Positions 27,655 to 42,139 are shown, numbered from the stretch's first letter. The stretch is 64,000 nucleotides of DNA from Lama guanicoe (GCA_013239625.1 MU055456.1:1424403-1488402), one strand, 5' to 3'. Numbers and translations: made by a program. The notes: generated by a model not told the origin, from the letters alone.

Positions 27655-27806
27655 CTATGCTGTCATATGGGAGCCACAAGGCTCTATTTAAATCTAAGAT
27701 AATCAAAATTAAATGCAATTAAAAATTCAGTTCCTTCATCACACTGGGCCCATTTCAGGCACTCACTAGCCACGTGAGGCTGGTGGCTACTGTACTGGAC
27801 AGCACT
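27655..27806. mobile_element. MER3-like hAT-Charlie MITE
   Basis: aaattcagttccttcatcacactgggcccatttcaggcactcactagccacgtgaggctggtggctactgtactggacagcac. Confidence 0.7.
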
Positions 27807-28464
27807 GAACGAGGAGCCTGGCAGCTCACTCCTGTGATCCTCTCCCTTCATGCTTAGCTGCTCTGGGATGCACGTGGATAAGGAAGATCTGAGTCTAACC
27901 AGGGTTGAGTTTTGCTGGGTGAGTAAGGCTGGGATAACACCTCATCCCTCCACACAGCATTGGCCTCTTGTGATTAAAAGAACTGTCAAAGAAACAGTTC
28001 CAGAACATCCATTTGAAGAGAAGCCAAATAATTAGCCCACATGTCCAACATGCACCTTGTGGTTCTTGAGGACCCTCTGGGGACCCCTGCCAAGAGGCCC
28101 TGGGTTTGTCCCAAAGGAAGAAGGGTAGGAGCACAAACCAGACAGCCCCTACTGGCTAAGGGCCACAGACCTGATCGGCTACTAGCACTGCAGCAACACG
28201 GAGCAATCGAGGAAGTCTATGATTAACCGACCCAGGGCACGTGACCGCAACACACAAACACTAACGATACCAGGAGACCTCTAAAGACACTACACTTAAG
28301 ACTTAACGCTGAATTCAGTTCCACAAGGAAGCCTTCTTTCTGTATGGCTCGAAATACTAGTGTTTAGTTTTCCCACCCAATCGTCCTTTATTCCTTGTAC
28401 CTTATATTAGATGTGTACACTTATCACCTGTTTTTTATTAAACCAGAGACCCATTTTATCCTTG

Positions 28465-28736
28465 AACACCATGAGAATGGATGGAGTACAGATTGGTGCT
28501 TGCCAGGGGTTAGGGAAGAAGGGCAGAAGCGAAGTGGTGGCTATAAAAGGGCACCATGAAGGGTCCTCGCAGTGATGCCTGGACAAGTGTCAGGAAGCCT
28601 AGCCGTGAGAGGGTACTACAGTGCAGCGAGGTAGTGCCACTGGGGTAAAAGGTACATGGGATCTCTCTGTAGTATTGCTCGTAACTGCATGTGAGTCTGC
28701 AATGACCTCAAAATAGAAAGTTTACTTTAAAAAAAA
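28465..28736 (+). mobile_element. Old L1 (L1MC/L1MD-type) 3' end
   Basis: tggggtaaaaggtacatgggatctctctgtagtattgctcgtaactgcatgtgagtct...tcaaaatagaaagtt followed by an A tract. Confidence 0.75.
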
Positions 28737-29473
28737 TCTGACCTGAGTGTGAAGCCCTGGGAGGGCCCCAAAGACAAAGAGGGAGCAGGAGACACCTTCC
28801 TGGAGGTGTCCCACCCAGCAGAAGGACCAAGGGCACCCATTTCTGAGCCACCCCTGCCCCATTCTCAATGCAACGCTTCCCAGGACAACGGCACACACGT
28901 AGCGTGCACCCCTGAGACAGAGGCCTTTTCCTGGGCAATTCACCCCTACAGGAAATGAGAATGAAACAGGGACTGAGCAGCCAAACAACTACTTTATGTT
29001 AACAGAACAGCAGAAAATTTCATACTTCACTGATTTGCTCTTGCTTGGAGTCACTTCCCATTATCCCTGGGCTGTAGCAACACATTTTTAAAGACTAATT
29101 TTAAAATGAATTTTATTAGCCTGAGGCACTTTCCCACTAGAATATTAATGAGCTGATATTAGTCAATTATTCATGGTACTGTAATAACCATTATCGAAAT
29201 ACAAAGTTTTTAGGGGAAGCCAGCTGTTTGACTTTTAAAAATTGATTGTATTAAATGAATTTTAAAGGAACCTTCCCAAATAACTCACAGCCATGCAACT
29301 GCAATATCCTGAGAAAAGAAAGGGAATCGGGAGTGAAGAGCTCATCAGACAGAAGTCCAGTGCCAGCCAGCCCCCTCCTCCGGGGTGCCCTCCCCTCTGG
29401 GGACGGGCCGGCAGGGATGCACTCACATCTCCGTGAAGGTGCGCGCTGGGATGATCTATCCGAGCATGGAGCC

Positions 29474-29822
29474 CACTGGTTCTCAACTGTGGCTACACAA
29501 CAAAATCACCCGAGGGGCTCTGAAAGTTACAGGTGCCTGTGTCTCCCTCCCAGAGCCTGACCTAGCAGTGTCAGGTGTCGTCAGGGTGTCGGCGCTGTAA
29601 AAGCTCCCATGTGATTCTCAGGTGCCGCAGCAGGACTGTGAACTGTCCTAGCCCGCTGCTCCCTCTGCGGGGGCACCTGGAGGGCCCAGACTGTGGGGCG
29701 GCACCCCCAGAGTTTTTCATGGAGAGGGCCTGGGGCGAGCCAGGGAATCTGCCTTTCTAACGAGCTCCCAGATGAGGCTGATGCTGTTGGTCCAGGGCCC
29801 ACACCTGGAAAACTGTTGCTCT
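29474..29822. mobile_element. Adjacent MER5-family hAT elements
   Basis: ccactggttctcaac...aaaagctcccatgtgattct; tttctaacgagctcccagatgaggctgatgctgttggtccaggg. Confidence 0.7.
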
Positions 29823-31639
29823 AGACTCTGCTGATTCTACAGGGCAAGGCCCTGCCTGTGGCTCCTCTCTGGATGTCCAGAGCCCAGCTGACCGTGGGGC
29901 TCACAGCATGGGCCCCAAATGCTAAAGGAACGGTTGGCCACCTGCCTGCACGCCCCGCAACACACACACGGGGTTTGCCACAGTGGTGACTGCCCCACAG
30001 GCTGCTGTCTGCGCCTGCTCGTCTGCCCCTTGCCCTCTAGGCTCTTGTCTTATCTGTCAATCCCCAGCACTTTGCACACGGGATTCAAATGTTTGCAGAA
30101 TGAGCAGCCCTGAATATTATGTCCCATTGATGGAAACCCCCCCATCTGCACAGCATTTATTCATCCTTGTATCACAAGTGTCTATAAAAATAAGCAGCAT
30201 TTTAAAGCATCTTTGTAGCCATTATCCTACTGGATCTGTGCAGAGAATTCAAAAGTAAAGAAAGGAAGGCAGCTTTCCTTGCGGCTCCCCCCCCCCACCC
30301 ACACCAAGGTTGAAATGAATGTTTCCTCTGAATTCCATCATTGCTCTGGGGTCTTTCCCTCTTGTGTCCATGGCCCTCAAGCACAGGAGGATCCACCCTC
30401 CGTAAGCCCTTTCTCACGGCCCCTCCTTCCAGTCCAATTATCAGGGTATTAGCTTCTCAAGGGTGGGGTCCATGTCCCATTTCTTCTCGTAGCCCTCAAA
30501 GGGCCTAGACTAGTATTCTGTACACATTAAGTATTCAATACATGTGCAGGTCACGAGCACCTCCTGTGCCTGGAGTGTGTGTTAAGACAGACATTTCCTT
30601 GTTTCCCACAACACCATGACAGCATCAGGTCAAGGACAATCACTCCTGTGGCCTCTGTCTGACCTGACCCACTCATTTACACTGTAGAGCCTCAGTTTCC
30701 CACACTTCAAAGGGATACGGGACACTAGCTCTGGGCACTCGCCCCTTGGCTTGCATCAGCACGCTGTGCGAAGGCCAAGTCACACACCCGGTCTTGGGGA
30801 ACAGCTCCCATCAATCAGGGCAGCAGAGTTTGAGCCAACACCAGCGCCCACTGCCAGCCTGGGACTGCACTGTAGCCTTCCAACTGCCTCTCAGGAGAGA
30901 TCTCACATGAGAACCACCCGGCCAAGCACAGGTGACACACTGATCCCGGAGAGAGAAGGCGGCACGAGAGACCACTGAGTTACACGGTGATGTAGCCAGA
31001 AAACCAGTCCACGGATCAACCACCAGCAAACAAGCAGCACTTGCTGACCTCTCAGCCTGCGGGACCCAGATGACACTCAGTCAGTCCCACCTGTTCACCG
31101 ACCCTGGCCCTCCACCACTTGCTATGCTTCTGGGCCAGAGCTGTTCTAATGATGGCTTGTGTGTGTCCCTCAGTCACCACGTCCTGGGAGTGGCTCCACC
31201 ACTGCCCGTGACAGAGGGGACCTGACATGCACCCACTGGGCAACAAGGAGCAACACTAGCACCTTGATGGTGAGCAGGCCAGACTTGCAGAGGCCACCTC
31301 AGAGGCCAGGAAACCCGAGTCACAGGACAAAGGGGTTAAGGCCTGGTGGCATGCACTGTGACTGAGGCAGGAAGGCGACAATGGATGAACTGTCTGCGCT
31401 TCTTTCTACCAGTGAAATGCTCCGAGTCACAGGGCTCCACACCCTCTCTGGACATGGCCCGTGGGTCCAAACACCCAGCTGTGTCTGGTTGCAAAGCCAC
31501 GGTCAGCCTGATGATGTAGCACCTTTTATCTCCTCTCTCCTTCCTGCCAAAGCTCACACCCCTTTCCCTCAGTCTTAGCTGGGTGGGAGCACACCCCTCA
31601 ATAAAGTGTCAGTCTGGGTAACAGTGGTGGGACGCAGTA

Positions 31640-31995
31640 TCCGAATGTTCACAGCAGCATCAGTCATCCTCGCCACATAGTGAAAAACCACACAAATGCC
31701 CACCAGCTATTGACTGGATAAGTAAGCTATGGTCAGTTCATATGCTGCATTATATTATTCAGTCATAAAGAAGGGCTGAATAGGACGATGGGGGGTTGAG
31801 TAGGGCTGCTAGTGGGCGCAGGCAGGGTTCCTTCTGGGGTGTGACCAAAATGTTCCAGTATTCAACAGTGGCGATGGTTACATGACACTGTGAATGTACT
31901 AAAAGCCAACTCACTGAGGTTTACACTTCAAAATGGTGACTGTTACATTACATCATGTGAATTATCCTGCAATAAAAATTTTGCAAAAAGGAAAA
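31640..31995 (+). mobile_element. Old L1 (L1MB/L1MC-type) 3' fragment
   Basis: gaatgttcacagcagca ... gtgaatgtactaaaagcc...tgtgaattatcctgcaataaaaa. Confidence 0.7.
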
Positions 31996-32193
31996 ATAAA
32001 ACAACCTTAGGTAGTGTTCTGCAATGGGGTTTAAAACCCGTAGCCCAGTTAATCTCATCTGTGGCCTTCTTCCAAGTCTCCCTGGTTACTGCTTTTACTT
32101 TTTCCTCTCAAATATTCAGATGATTTATCTGGTTCCAAGGAAGCATTTTTAATACAATGTAAATATATGCGGGTCATTTGAGTATGTAAAAAT

Positions 32194-32224
32194 CATATAT
32201 ATATATATGTATATACATATATAT
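32194..32224. repeat. Imperfect (TA)n microsatellite
   Basis: catatatatatatatgtatatacatatatat. Confidence 0.85.
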
Positions 32225-34008
32225 CTCCATAAACTGTGCCACACAATCTTAAGAGTTTTGTTACATTTTGTAAAACTGGGAAGTAAAAATGAATATTGGC
32301 AAGTCTGCTACTATATGTTTAAAAAAAGGGGAGGGGGGTGAAGAAAACTTGCCAATAAATGATAAACGTGATAAACAGTCATTGTGATTACATGAGATGA
32401 TGAAGGACTTTCCATTGTAAGAAATGCTCATTAAATGCCTGTGGCCATTATTTTTAGGGGGGGAGGTTCTATTTCAAGATTAAAGAAATGGAGACTCAAA
32501 AGAGTCAAGTGACCCACCCAATGTCACATTAAGTGGGAGGATTCTCATCATCTCTCTGATCCTAACCCACTATGATCTCGCCTAGACTTTGCTGCTCTCC
32601 AGGGAGAGGGGAGGCAGGATCACATTCAGATCAACGAAGGGCAGGAAGGCGGAAGTTCCAGGGAGGAGTAACGGTACATGCAAAACACGTTAGAAAACAA
32701 CAGGTAAAGCCTGAAATCTCCTTGAACTTCAATCCAACCAGTGGGAACTGAAAATCAATTGACAGAATCTAGAACCTTCTTCATCTTTGCATAAGGGTAT
32801 ATTTTTTTTTTTAGGTGGCATCACATATTCCTGCTTCATATTTTTCAATTAAAATCTCAAAATCAATTACAATCCCACAGGGTCACTAAACTTTCCATTT
32901 AAATTTCTTTCATTGTGGAGCTAAATCTCAATTCCCAATAGGTCGGATCAGCATCCATCCATACCTCAGAAGACTGCTGAAATTTCCTGGACTGTGATGA
33001 AAACTCACAGCACTAACAGGTAAAGAACATTCTTGCCTGGCAACCTGACTTTTCTCCAAAATGAAATTCATATCCATTAAAGGCACTCTGAGAATATTAA
33101 TAAATCAACACAACACTGTTAAAATACGGGCTTAATCATACCAGTATACAATACTCAAAAAGCCATGGAAAGTAAGTTAAACGCATGATTGGCGTTTTCA
33201 AAATCCCAAATCATGGAATTTCGGGTGGAAGAGCTCTCAGGGGCCCAATCCAACCCTCTACCCTCTACTTACTTCAAGACAGAGAGATGGGTCTGCTCGC
33301 TTTTCCTCCACCAGGAAGAGAACTGTCTTTATCCCCTTGGCTTCTTCCAATCTGTCCATCCAATGTGGTGGATCAGCTCTTGGGCTTTTGTTATATAGAT
33401 GGAGAATGTAGGCAGAAAGGGTTTCCAGACAGCAAGAGGTGAATCGGGTTTGATTAATCAACACTGGAAAGGGAAGCAAAAGCTGCATGAGGGGGCAAAA
33501 GGGAGAAGGAAGTGAGAGATGGGGAACAGAGAGTCTGGAACTACTGAAGGGCTGCCTCTGAGGAGAACTCTGCCTGGGAGGGGAGCATGGGAAGGGTTCT
33601 GAGAGACTCTTGGAAGGGTGTGTTTGTATGGGGGTGTGTATGCACATGTGCACCAGAGAAACAAAGAGCTGCAGGTTAGAATTCAATCCTTTGACACTTC
33701 TCTAATCTCCAGTAAAGATCTGAACTGGTTTTCATCTTTTTTGACTACTGGATTCTATTTCTTTGGCTACTACATGGAGTTCTGGTATTCACTTGAAATA
33801 TTTTAGAAACAAATACCTAGGCAGGAACTAACCCCACGGTAACTGCAGGGTCACAAAGACCCTTCGGTGGCCATTTATTCCATTTTCTGTCTCTGATAAG
33901 AGCAGAACTAAGTGGCTTCAACTGCAATTTGTTTCTTGGGAAAATGTCATTTCTCCCAGTAGCTCACCTGAGAGTTTTTGGTAGGGGGGAGGGTAGGGAG
34001 CACTAATT

Positions 34009-34196
34009 CAGTGATTCTCAAACTTCAGCACACATCAGAAGAATCCCGGAGGACTTGTTAAAAACAGGCTGCTGAATCCCAGCTACAAAGCTTCTGATTC
34101 AGAAGGGCTGGGTGGGGCCTGAGAATCTGCATTTCTAACAAGTTCCCAGGTGCTGCCAATGCTGCTGGTCTGGAGACCACACTTTGAGAAGCGCTG
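34009..34196. mobile_element. MER5A
   Basis: TIRs cagtgattctcaaac ... tttgagaagcgctg. Confidence 0.85.
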
Positions 34197-35449
34197 ATCT
34201 AATCCATTTCTCACCTGTTAGAATCTTCTGAACTGACTTCAATTCTCTTTTTGATGGGAAGAAAAAGTCACTTTAGCACCAAATTCATTACTTCCAACAT
34301 GCCTCTTCCAAGGATGATTTCATAATTTATACTTTTGAAAGAGGCAGGCCTGGAACTAGCAGTTAAATTCAACAGCCACTGACTACTATGATGAAGGTGT
34401 AGATGACCAGGAATCAAGTTAGTTTTAAAAAAAATACAAAGATACCAAAAAGTCCTTGAAAAGAAGGAAGTGGAGAAACAGGGAGCTACATAAGAATATA
34501 CACAGATCTATGCTGTTAGTAAGTTTTTGTAAAATACACTCACCAAATTCCTAGTGGTTTCCCTTAAAACAGCTAACTGGATTCCATTTTCCAGAAAAAT
34601 GCAGATGCAATAAGAGTATTACTAAATGACTAAAAATGATCCCTGAAAGACTTTTCTTAAATCACAACTGCACGGCTAAGAGAATAACCAGTTTTTTTGG
34701 TTTTTAAAGTGCAGAATTAGGTGAAGTCCAAACAATCACGAAGAGCCTGGCACTTTGACATCAAGGTCAAACAATAATGAGAATGGATCTCGTCGTCCTC
34801 GCCGTGGAACCTGGCACATAGTCATCACCAACCAACACCAATCTACCACAAAATTCTCTGCATAGGGTTACTGGAAAAAGGAAGGCCCAACAGTGAAGTC
34901 CTGTAGTGGCTGCTCCAAGTCTCCGCTTCTATAATATGGAGAAAACACCAGTGCCTATCTTACAGCGACGATGAAATGAAAGAACACAGGTACCGCTTAA
35001 TGGTGCACACAGTGGGTGCACGATGAATCGAGCTAGTCCGTGTTGGCCACTCTAGCCTGCCTGTTCCTATTTCTTCCTCTTCCTCTTCCAGTACTGAAGT
35101 CTTCTGCACACATGCCTGGAAACCAATCAGCTACCTTTTCTAACATGGGTGATTAGAGAGAGCGCATGCAATGCTGGCAGGTTGACCAGGGTGAGCCTTT
35201 CCTATAAACAGCAACTCAGTACTGAGAGGGAAGGCGGTATATGATGATGCTGTTCATCACCATTTCAACAGTAATTTGCCTAATTATACTCATATCCATG
35301 GAACAAGCCATTCCAGGAATTCTTGCCCTAGCAACTCAAATAAGCTCGCGGAACCAAATGAAAACATGTCAAGTTATAAAATTCAACTGTACTTGGTTTG
35401 GGGAACTGCACACATATTCACGGGTTAGCCTGCCTTTTTCTAAAGGTAC

Positions 35450-36000
35450 CATTTACTAAGCACCTATCTCCTGCCTGGCATGATGCTTTCCAAATGTTAC
35501 TTAATATCCACAACAATCCTAGGAAGTGGGATGTACCCCCATTTTGCAGATGAAAAAACTGAGACTCAGAGAAGTTAAGAAATCTGTCCAAAGTCACAGC
35601 TACTGAGCAGCAAAGCTTAGATATGAGGCCAGTCTGGCTGGCTCTCAAGCTGATGGGCATCAACTCAATACTGAGAGGGAAAGCCACCTGAAGGAAAGAG
35701 CACTGACCGAGTGAGCTAGGTATTCAGAAACTGGGAGCTGTTCTTACTGGGAAAGAAAGAACCCTGGTAAGAAAATGGGCTCTGCCTGGATTCTGTCAAA
35801 TCTCTGCTAAGCAGGCACTCAACAGTGTGGCCACTAGGGAAGTGTCTAAGCCTCAGTTTTCTCATATGTTAAATAGAGATAATAATAGTAGTACCTATGT
35901 CATAGACTAACGTGAAGCTTAAAGGAGAATACATGTAAAGCTCTTAGCACATATTACATGCCTAAGAAGTATTAGCTAATGGTATTATCATCATCGTCAT
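35450..36000. mobile_element. Two MIRs (about 35450-35670 minus; about 35820-36000 plus)
   Basis: ccccattttgcagatgaaaaaactgagactcagagaagttaag; gcctcagttttctcatatgttaaatagagataataatagt. Confidence 0.75.
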
Positions 36001-37549
36001 TATTGGGTTAGATATGACCCTTAATGAGAACGTCAATATACGTGCTTCAGGCATGCTGAGCTCTCAGAAAGCAGTGTGTTCATCAACATCATTATCACCA
36101 GCCCCCACCCACCAGCACAGCTACTACGATAGTCTGGGACTAGCTCCTGATCCCCCTGATCTTTAAATCCTGCTTTCAAACCAGCAATTGTCTTCAGCTT
36201 GCCCTGGGTCTCCAACAGAGGACCCATCAGACATCTCAGGAACTCCTGCTCCTGCCCAGCGCCCTGGCAGGCTGGGCCCCTGATCATTAGAAGACTACTG
36301 TGCTAATGGGGTGAGGGGCTGGGCCGAGACAATGTACGCATCTGTTAACACTCACTGGATGGTACACTTAAAATGTGTGCATTTTAGTGTATGCTACCTA
36401 CTTTTAATGCTACCACAACTGCAACAACAAAGAAGGCAAGTCAGCGCTCGCCGACTTGTCATATATCATTAGTGCCCAAGGCTGCAAAGAATCCCCCCTG
36501 GATCTCCCAGGCAACCACATCCCCACAGTCACTCTGTGAGGCAGTGAGGGGACTCGGACTTGCATGGCAGCATGGGAAACCAGAGGGATGCCTCAGTGTG
36601 GCCAGCTCAGGAACTGAAGTCACCTGCAAAAGCCCAGGGATTGGCTCAAACTGCAGGCCTCTTAAAAGAGCACCTCATGATTCCGGAGAGACGGAGGTCT
36701 AACAAGCCAGCTCCTTGGTTCTGGGCCCTGCCTTGACAACCGTTCCCTTCTAGGGTCCCTGTTAACCTGCCTTTCTCAGGCCTTTAACTGTCTCCACCTC
36801 ACACCAGATCCCAGCTAGCACTGTCCATAAGGCCTGGCTCTTTCTACAGCCACCAGTAAAGCTGTCTCCGTTTGGATCATTCCGCATTCATATGTAAAGC
36901 TCAGTCGTGAGGGCTGCTTTGAGGCCCCAGCCGTGTGGCCCGTCCAACAGTACCCTAGGCAAAGGAGCTTGCGTAAGTCCCTCCACATAGCAAAGCCTCG
37001 GGCTCCTCTTCTGTACAGCAGGAACCTGACTACCTACTTCCCAGGGTTATGGTGGCAGGGAGGGGGCCTTGTGAGAACACGTGGCAGCAGGAGTAGTCCC
37101 AGGTGGCTCCCTTCCCTGATGATATATGAGAACACAGACCGAACAAGTTGTGGCAGCCACTCACTGGGCCCAAGCCCCGGGCCATGGAATCTTAAGCTCC
37201 ACCCTTCAGTCTTCCCGAGAAGCCCATAAAATTCCCCCAGGAAAGCCCCCACAACTTCCTAAGAGGTCCCAGTTTCCATTCTAAGACTTGCTCTGCCGAG
37301 CTGGTGATCCACTTAGAAGGCGAGGTGAACGAAGTCAAAGGGAGTTAAAAGAAGCCAATGAATGTCTAGAAAAACTCAACTCGATTAATGATCTACTGGA
37401 GTACCATGATGCACAAACTTCCCTCCCACCCTGGCTCCTCATCTGAGAGGCAGGAGCTACTTGTATTCCTGTATTTCTACATTAAATTTAATACACGTAT
37501 GTATCATTTCAAAAGGACCAAATATGCACAGCATACTCTACTCACAACA

Positions 37550-38035
37550 TGTTAAATGAAATCTACATAGCTTTCCCTCTACCCTTCTGAGTTCTTGGCT
37601 GGGACACCGTATAATGCGGAAGTGCATTAAATATATACCTCATGTATACATAGGAGATTCCCAGGAAAACAATAAAACTCTCCAAGATGGTCCAAATCAC
37701 TACCCTGAATACAATCTTCAGCTAAAGGCAAAAGAAAGATGGGGGGGAGTACAATTCCAGAAGGTGAGAGGAGGAACTGTTTGGTAAACAAAGGTTGCCC
37801 TGCGATACAGGTAAGTCAGTCTCTCTCTTCCTCTATCTCTGGTTTAAAAGTTATCTGTGGTAAAAGCTGTCTTCCTAGCACAGGCCCCGTTTCTAATGCC
37901 AATTTCCTTTATAAATGCAGATTTCCCTTACAAAACAGTAACTTTTACAGTTCCCAGAGCTCCTCTGGTGTCTGTAGTTTCTCAAAATAATCCTATGCTA
38001 AAGAGTCATAATTTGCGTGGAGTGTTCCACCCTCC
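37550..38035 (-). mobile_element. Probable ERV1-class solo LTR (MER4/MER34 group), subfamily uncertain
   Basis: tctcaaaataatcctatgctaaagagtcataatttgcgtgg terminal motif and ggtaaacaaagg / tttataaatgcagatttcccttacaaaa segments recalled from such LTRs. Confidence 0.55.
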
Positions 38036-38621
38036 TCCTCACCAGCCAAGCACGGGGGCTTGCCACGGTAGCTGGGTGGCTCCACGTTGAGGCACCTCCC
38101 CCGACCTTCTCTCTCCCACCTCCATGCCCCTCCGCTCTGTGTCCCCCGCCCCTATCATCACAGAATTGTTTGCAGCTACAGGAATGTGGACTCTACCCAT
38201 CCCGCCAAGTGTGATGACAAAAAAAAACAGGGAAGTGGGAACTGGCACCAGAAAAGGGAGCAAGCACGGATAGCAGAGCAAGTGTAGAGGTTTCTACCAT
38301 GGATAGGGCTCGCAGGGCCAGGCCTCCGAACTTGGCCTCAGGGTCCTTTAGAGATGGAGACACTCTGACACACTGACACAGGGGGCTTTGGCATGAGCAT
38401 CTGGAGGCTGATCTGCTCCAACCTAGGGGTAAGGCTCCAATCTGCAGACAGAATGGCCCTTGAAAAGCCCTCCTATCCCCCAGCTGAGTTCAGTGCCTGG
38501 GAGTGAGTGCTCCGGAATCAGAGGGGCATAGGTTCCGCTCCCACAGATATCTTGGAGCATCGAGGGAGGGGCAGAGGAGGAGGGAAGGCGGGATGAGAGA
38601 AAGAGAGACAGAGACTGTGGG

Positions 38622-38633
38622 TGCGCATGCGCG
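38622..38633. promoter_or_regulatory. NRF1 consensus site TGCGCATGCGCG in intron 1
   Basis: Exact match to YGCGCAYGCGCR with CpGs retained; function not demonstrated. Confidence 0.45.
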
Positions 38634-40324
38634 TTCTGCTCAGCACACTGCCTGCTGTGCAGTCGTGGCTCAGTAAATGTCAGGCACCACCATTTGTAAG
38701 TCTGCCCAGGACTGCCCTCCAGTGGTGGGGCAGACGTGGGTGCTGGGCTTGCACACCAGGGGAAGTGGCTGTTTACAGTGAGGACTCAGAAAGGCCCTGG
38801 ACATCTGGAGAGAGGGCCAGACACAGGGGGAAGAAGACGACACTTCATACTTGCTTTTTCCAGCAACAAAGTACAAGAAACTTAAAAATCTCCCTTTGAA
38901 ACTGTGGACAGAATCCAGTAGGTAAAAGCTGGTAAAGAAGAATTAACCTGTGGTGTTCCCACTGTTGGTACTGCCACTTGATGTTCTCAGGTTGCTGTGT
39001 ATGCTTATTCACCACGAAAGCAAAGATATGTAAAGGATCCCAAAGGGTCATTGGAGACCCTTCTGGTCAATCTTCAGGCCACTCCTGGCCCAGGTGCCCA
39101 TCAGATTCCCAAGTCCCTGTGGTGGGAAGAGCTGCGTCCTGAGCATGAGCGAGGCAGGCCAGAAACCCCCTTGTCCTGAGCCCCTCATTCTGACCTTGTT
39201 TCCTTAGTGTTTCGACACACTGACATGCTCCCAGGTGAAGGGGGGGTCTCTCCACCCTCACTGTTACAGAGTTGGCAGGAGCCCTTGTGTCCAGGCTGCC
39301 CACTTTTCCTCAGTCATCTCACTGGGCTCCAGACCTGAACTTCAACCACTGCTGAGCAATTCAACCATCCAAAGTGACCCCTCCTGCTCCAGACCCCTCT
39401 ATTCCCCGTTTCAGCTCTTGGCGGCTCAGCCCCGCATCAGAGATGGTCCCTCAGTTATGCCAGCGCATCGAGGGGCACTGATAGGGCTACCGGAATCGAA
39501 CTCAAGTCATCAGTGCAGTGCTCAGGCCTGCAGTTCCAAAAAGATTCCTCAGTTTTAAAATCAAATACAAAGGGAGAAATAAAGAGATTAGGGGAAAAAA
39601 TCACTCTTTGTATTATGAACAATTTGAAGACACATAAAGAATTTTGAAATTTAAAATAACCTTCTGTTCCTTTTCTCCCACAAAAGCATGTCCCATCCCA
39701 ATCTACCAGCCCTGCATCTGGCATCCTTCAACAAGGACGATCTTCAAGGGCATTCTGAGGCCTTGAGGCAGAAACAGCTTCCTGGCTCAAATAGATTCTT
39801 TTTCAAACTGAGAGAGCAGAGCAAAGTGTGCCCCCACTCTGTCGTTCAGGGCAGTCAGGCATGCCTTCCTAAACAGCCTTGCAGATATTTCCAGCTGGCT
39901 AATTAAATTTACTGCACTTCATTCCCACTAAATACCTCTTTGGAAAAACAAAAGGCACAGGAATCTTAAAATTCTACTTATTGCTGCTGGTGGAAACGTT
40001 TATTCTGAAAACAGTAAGATCACCGGTGGTGATACCGACAAGAGAAAAGGTAAAACATGAATCTTGATTATCTGTTTCTGGGAAACACATTGCAAATGCC
40101 CTTTTGTGCACTACAGTTGTGTCTGAGTGTGGCCGACTTGACTATTGTGGCTGTCACAGTTTCTTTCCTTCTTGCACACCAGGTTTGGATTCACATTTTA
40201 AATTAGTCAAAATGTCACACTTAAAGGTCACTACACACATTTCTACAACAGCTGACCCCAAATCAGTGTGGATAAGACCGCTGCCTTTAAAAACAGCATG
40301 CTACACAACCCTTAGACCCTAACA

Positions 40325-40565
40325 CAGTGGTTCTCAACCAGGGGCAACTGTGTCCTCCGGGGAACACTAGGTGGTGTCCAGAGACATTCTGGGTTGTCAC
40401 AACGGGAGGGGAGGGTGCTACGGGCATCCAGTGGGTAGAAGCCAGCGATGCTACTGAACATCCTACAGTGCCCAGGACAGCCCCACCCCACCCCACCCCA
40501 ATACACACACCAAAGAATTACTCAGCCCCAAAAGTCAGGAGTGTCAGCAGAGTTTGAGAAACTGT
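40325..40565. mobile_element. MER20 (hAT-Charlie)
   Basis: cagtggttctcaaccagggg ... ggcatccagtgggtagaagccagcgatgctactgaacatcctacagtgcccaggacagcccc ... ttgagaaact. Confidence 0.85.
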
Positions 40566-42139
40566 GCTCTAGTAAGCTGCCCTGCATGCCACAAGTAGAA
40601 AAACCTCCTCTACATTGAACCCATTTTGGTTTGTGGACCATCAATATAAAGCAGTATGAAAAAAGCTAGAAAACTGTAAGTATAGAATAACATGAGTCCC
40701 ATTTGGGTAGCTTTTAAAATTGTAGCAATTTATAGTAATATCCATTGTATTTTTAAAATTCTTCAAAAATAGAGAATCAAGAAATATCTTACAGGTGTTT
40801 GACAGCATCAACAGGCATGATTTGTTCCCGTAGGTAGGACCATGGCATTAACAGTAGTGGTAAGGGTTTTATAACAATCATTATGGAACAAACTGCCCCA
40901 GTGTCACTTTCCTGGATGGCAGCACAGTGAAATCACAGTGCAAATCCAGAACAATGTGGAGGCAAAAACAATGTGTTGCCCTTGGGACTCAGACTGAGGT
41001 TTCCATGGCCAGGTCACCCCCTCAACAGGCTACCCTGGGAGGGCCTCCCTGTGTCTTCACCTGGCCTTCACAGCCTGACGGGGCAAAGAAGTTCCCTCCT
41101 AAAGACCTTAGTACAAGCCATACCCTTAATCATAATCCCTGCTGACGGAAACAACCTGCACTGTATATTACAACAAATATCCTGCCCACTTGTGTGAGGA
41201 CGGGGAAGAAAGGGAGAAAGGAGATGGATGGAGCATCTTTGATTCCTGTAAAATCCAACAAGCATTTGAAAAGTGGGTTTACTTGGTTTGATCAGCACAA
41301 AAAGGATGTTTTAGGTGTCTGATCAAAGTTATTTTTAAAAATAAAGCATTTCTCTTTGGGCATTTTTTTTTACCATAAAGAATCAGTAAAATGCAGGTTG
41401 CCTCACAACTGTAGCCACCGCGTCCCTTTTTATAGTAACAGGAAGGTCGTCCGTGTTCCCAAGGCAACCCGAGGTTTCACTCATCAACACAGCACTGAGT
41501 ACGTTCATCGAGCTCAGTATCGACTTCCTGAGGTTTCAAAACTGGAGTTCTCTGCTTAGGACAGCGCCTGATGGTCCTACACACACCATAGCTGCGATGG
41601 TCACCAAACACATGAAACAAAAGACAAAGAGCAGGTATTGGGATAAAACACTTTCTGAAGTTTTTCTCCAGGTGATCATTCAAGCTGGTAACAAGCCATT
41701 TGGTCCATTTCATTTTAAGACCTTCACTCGATGCAGGGAGGCGTCTACTGGGAACGTGTAAAAGTTCAAATACAAGGGAGCCCTGAGGTGCCACCTTGTC
41801 CTTCTCAGAGCCCTATCCCCACTGCTCAGGCCATCCCTGCACCCAATCCTGTCCTCTCAGCCCACCCAGGTGGTTCCAGGGCCTGGTCCACAGAAATCCT
41901 GTCCCGTCATTTGAGCTACCCAGTGAATGAATAATCCAGATGAGAGTTCCTGGGGATTTCAACAGGAGTGGAACAGAAAGGGAAGGATGAATTCTAGCCC
42001 AGAGAGCTAGATGCTACACAAATAGGCATTTGTGACAGAAACAGAAAGTGATGCGTTAAGTTTGGTTGATAAGGAATTTGTGGAGTTTGGAAAAGCACTA
42101 AATGGGGGATTTCAATAACAGCTAGTTTAGAGACTAATG

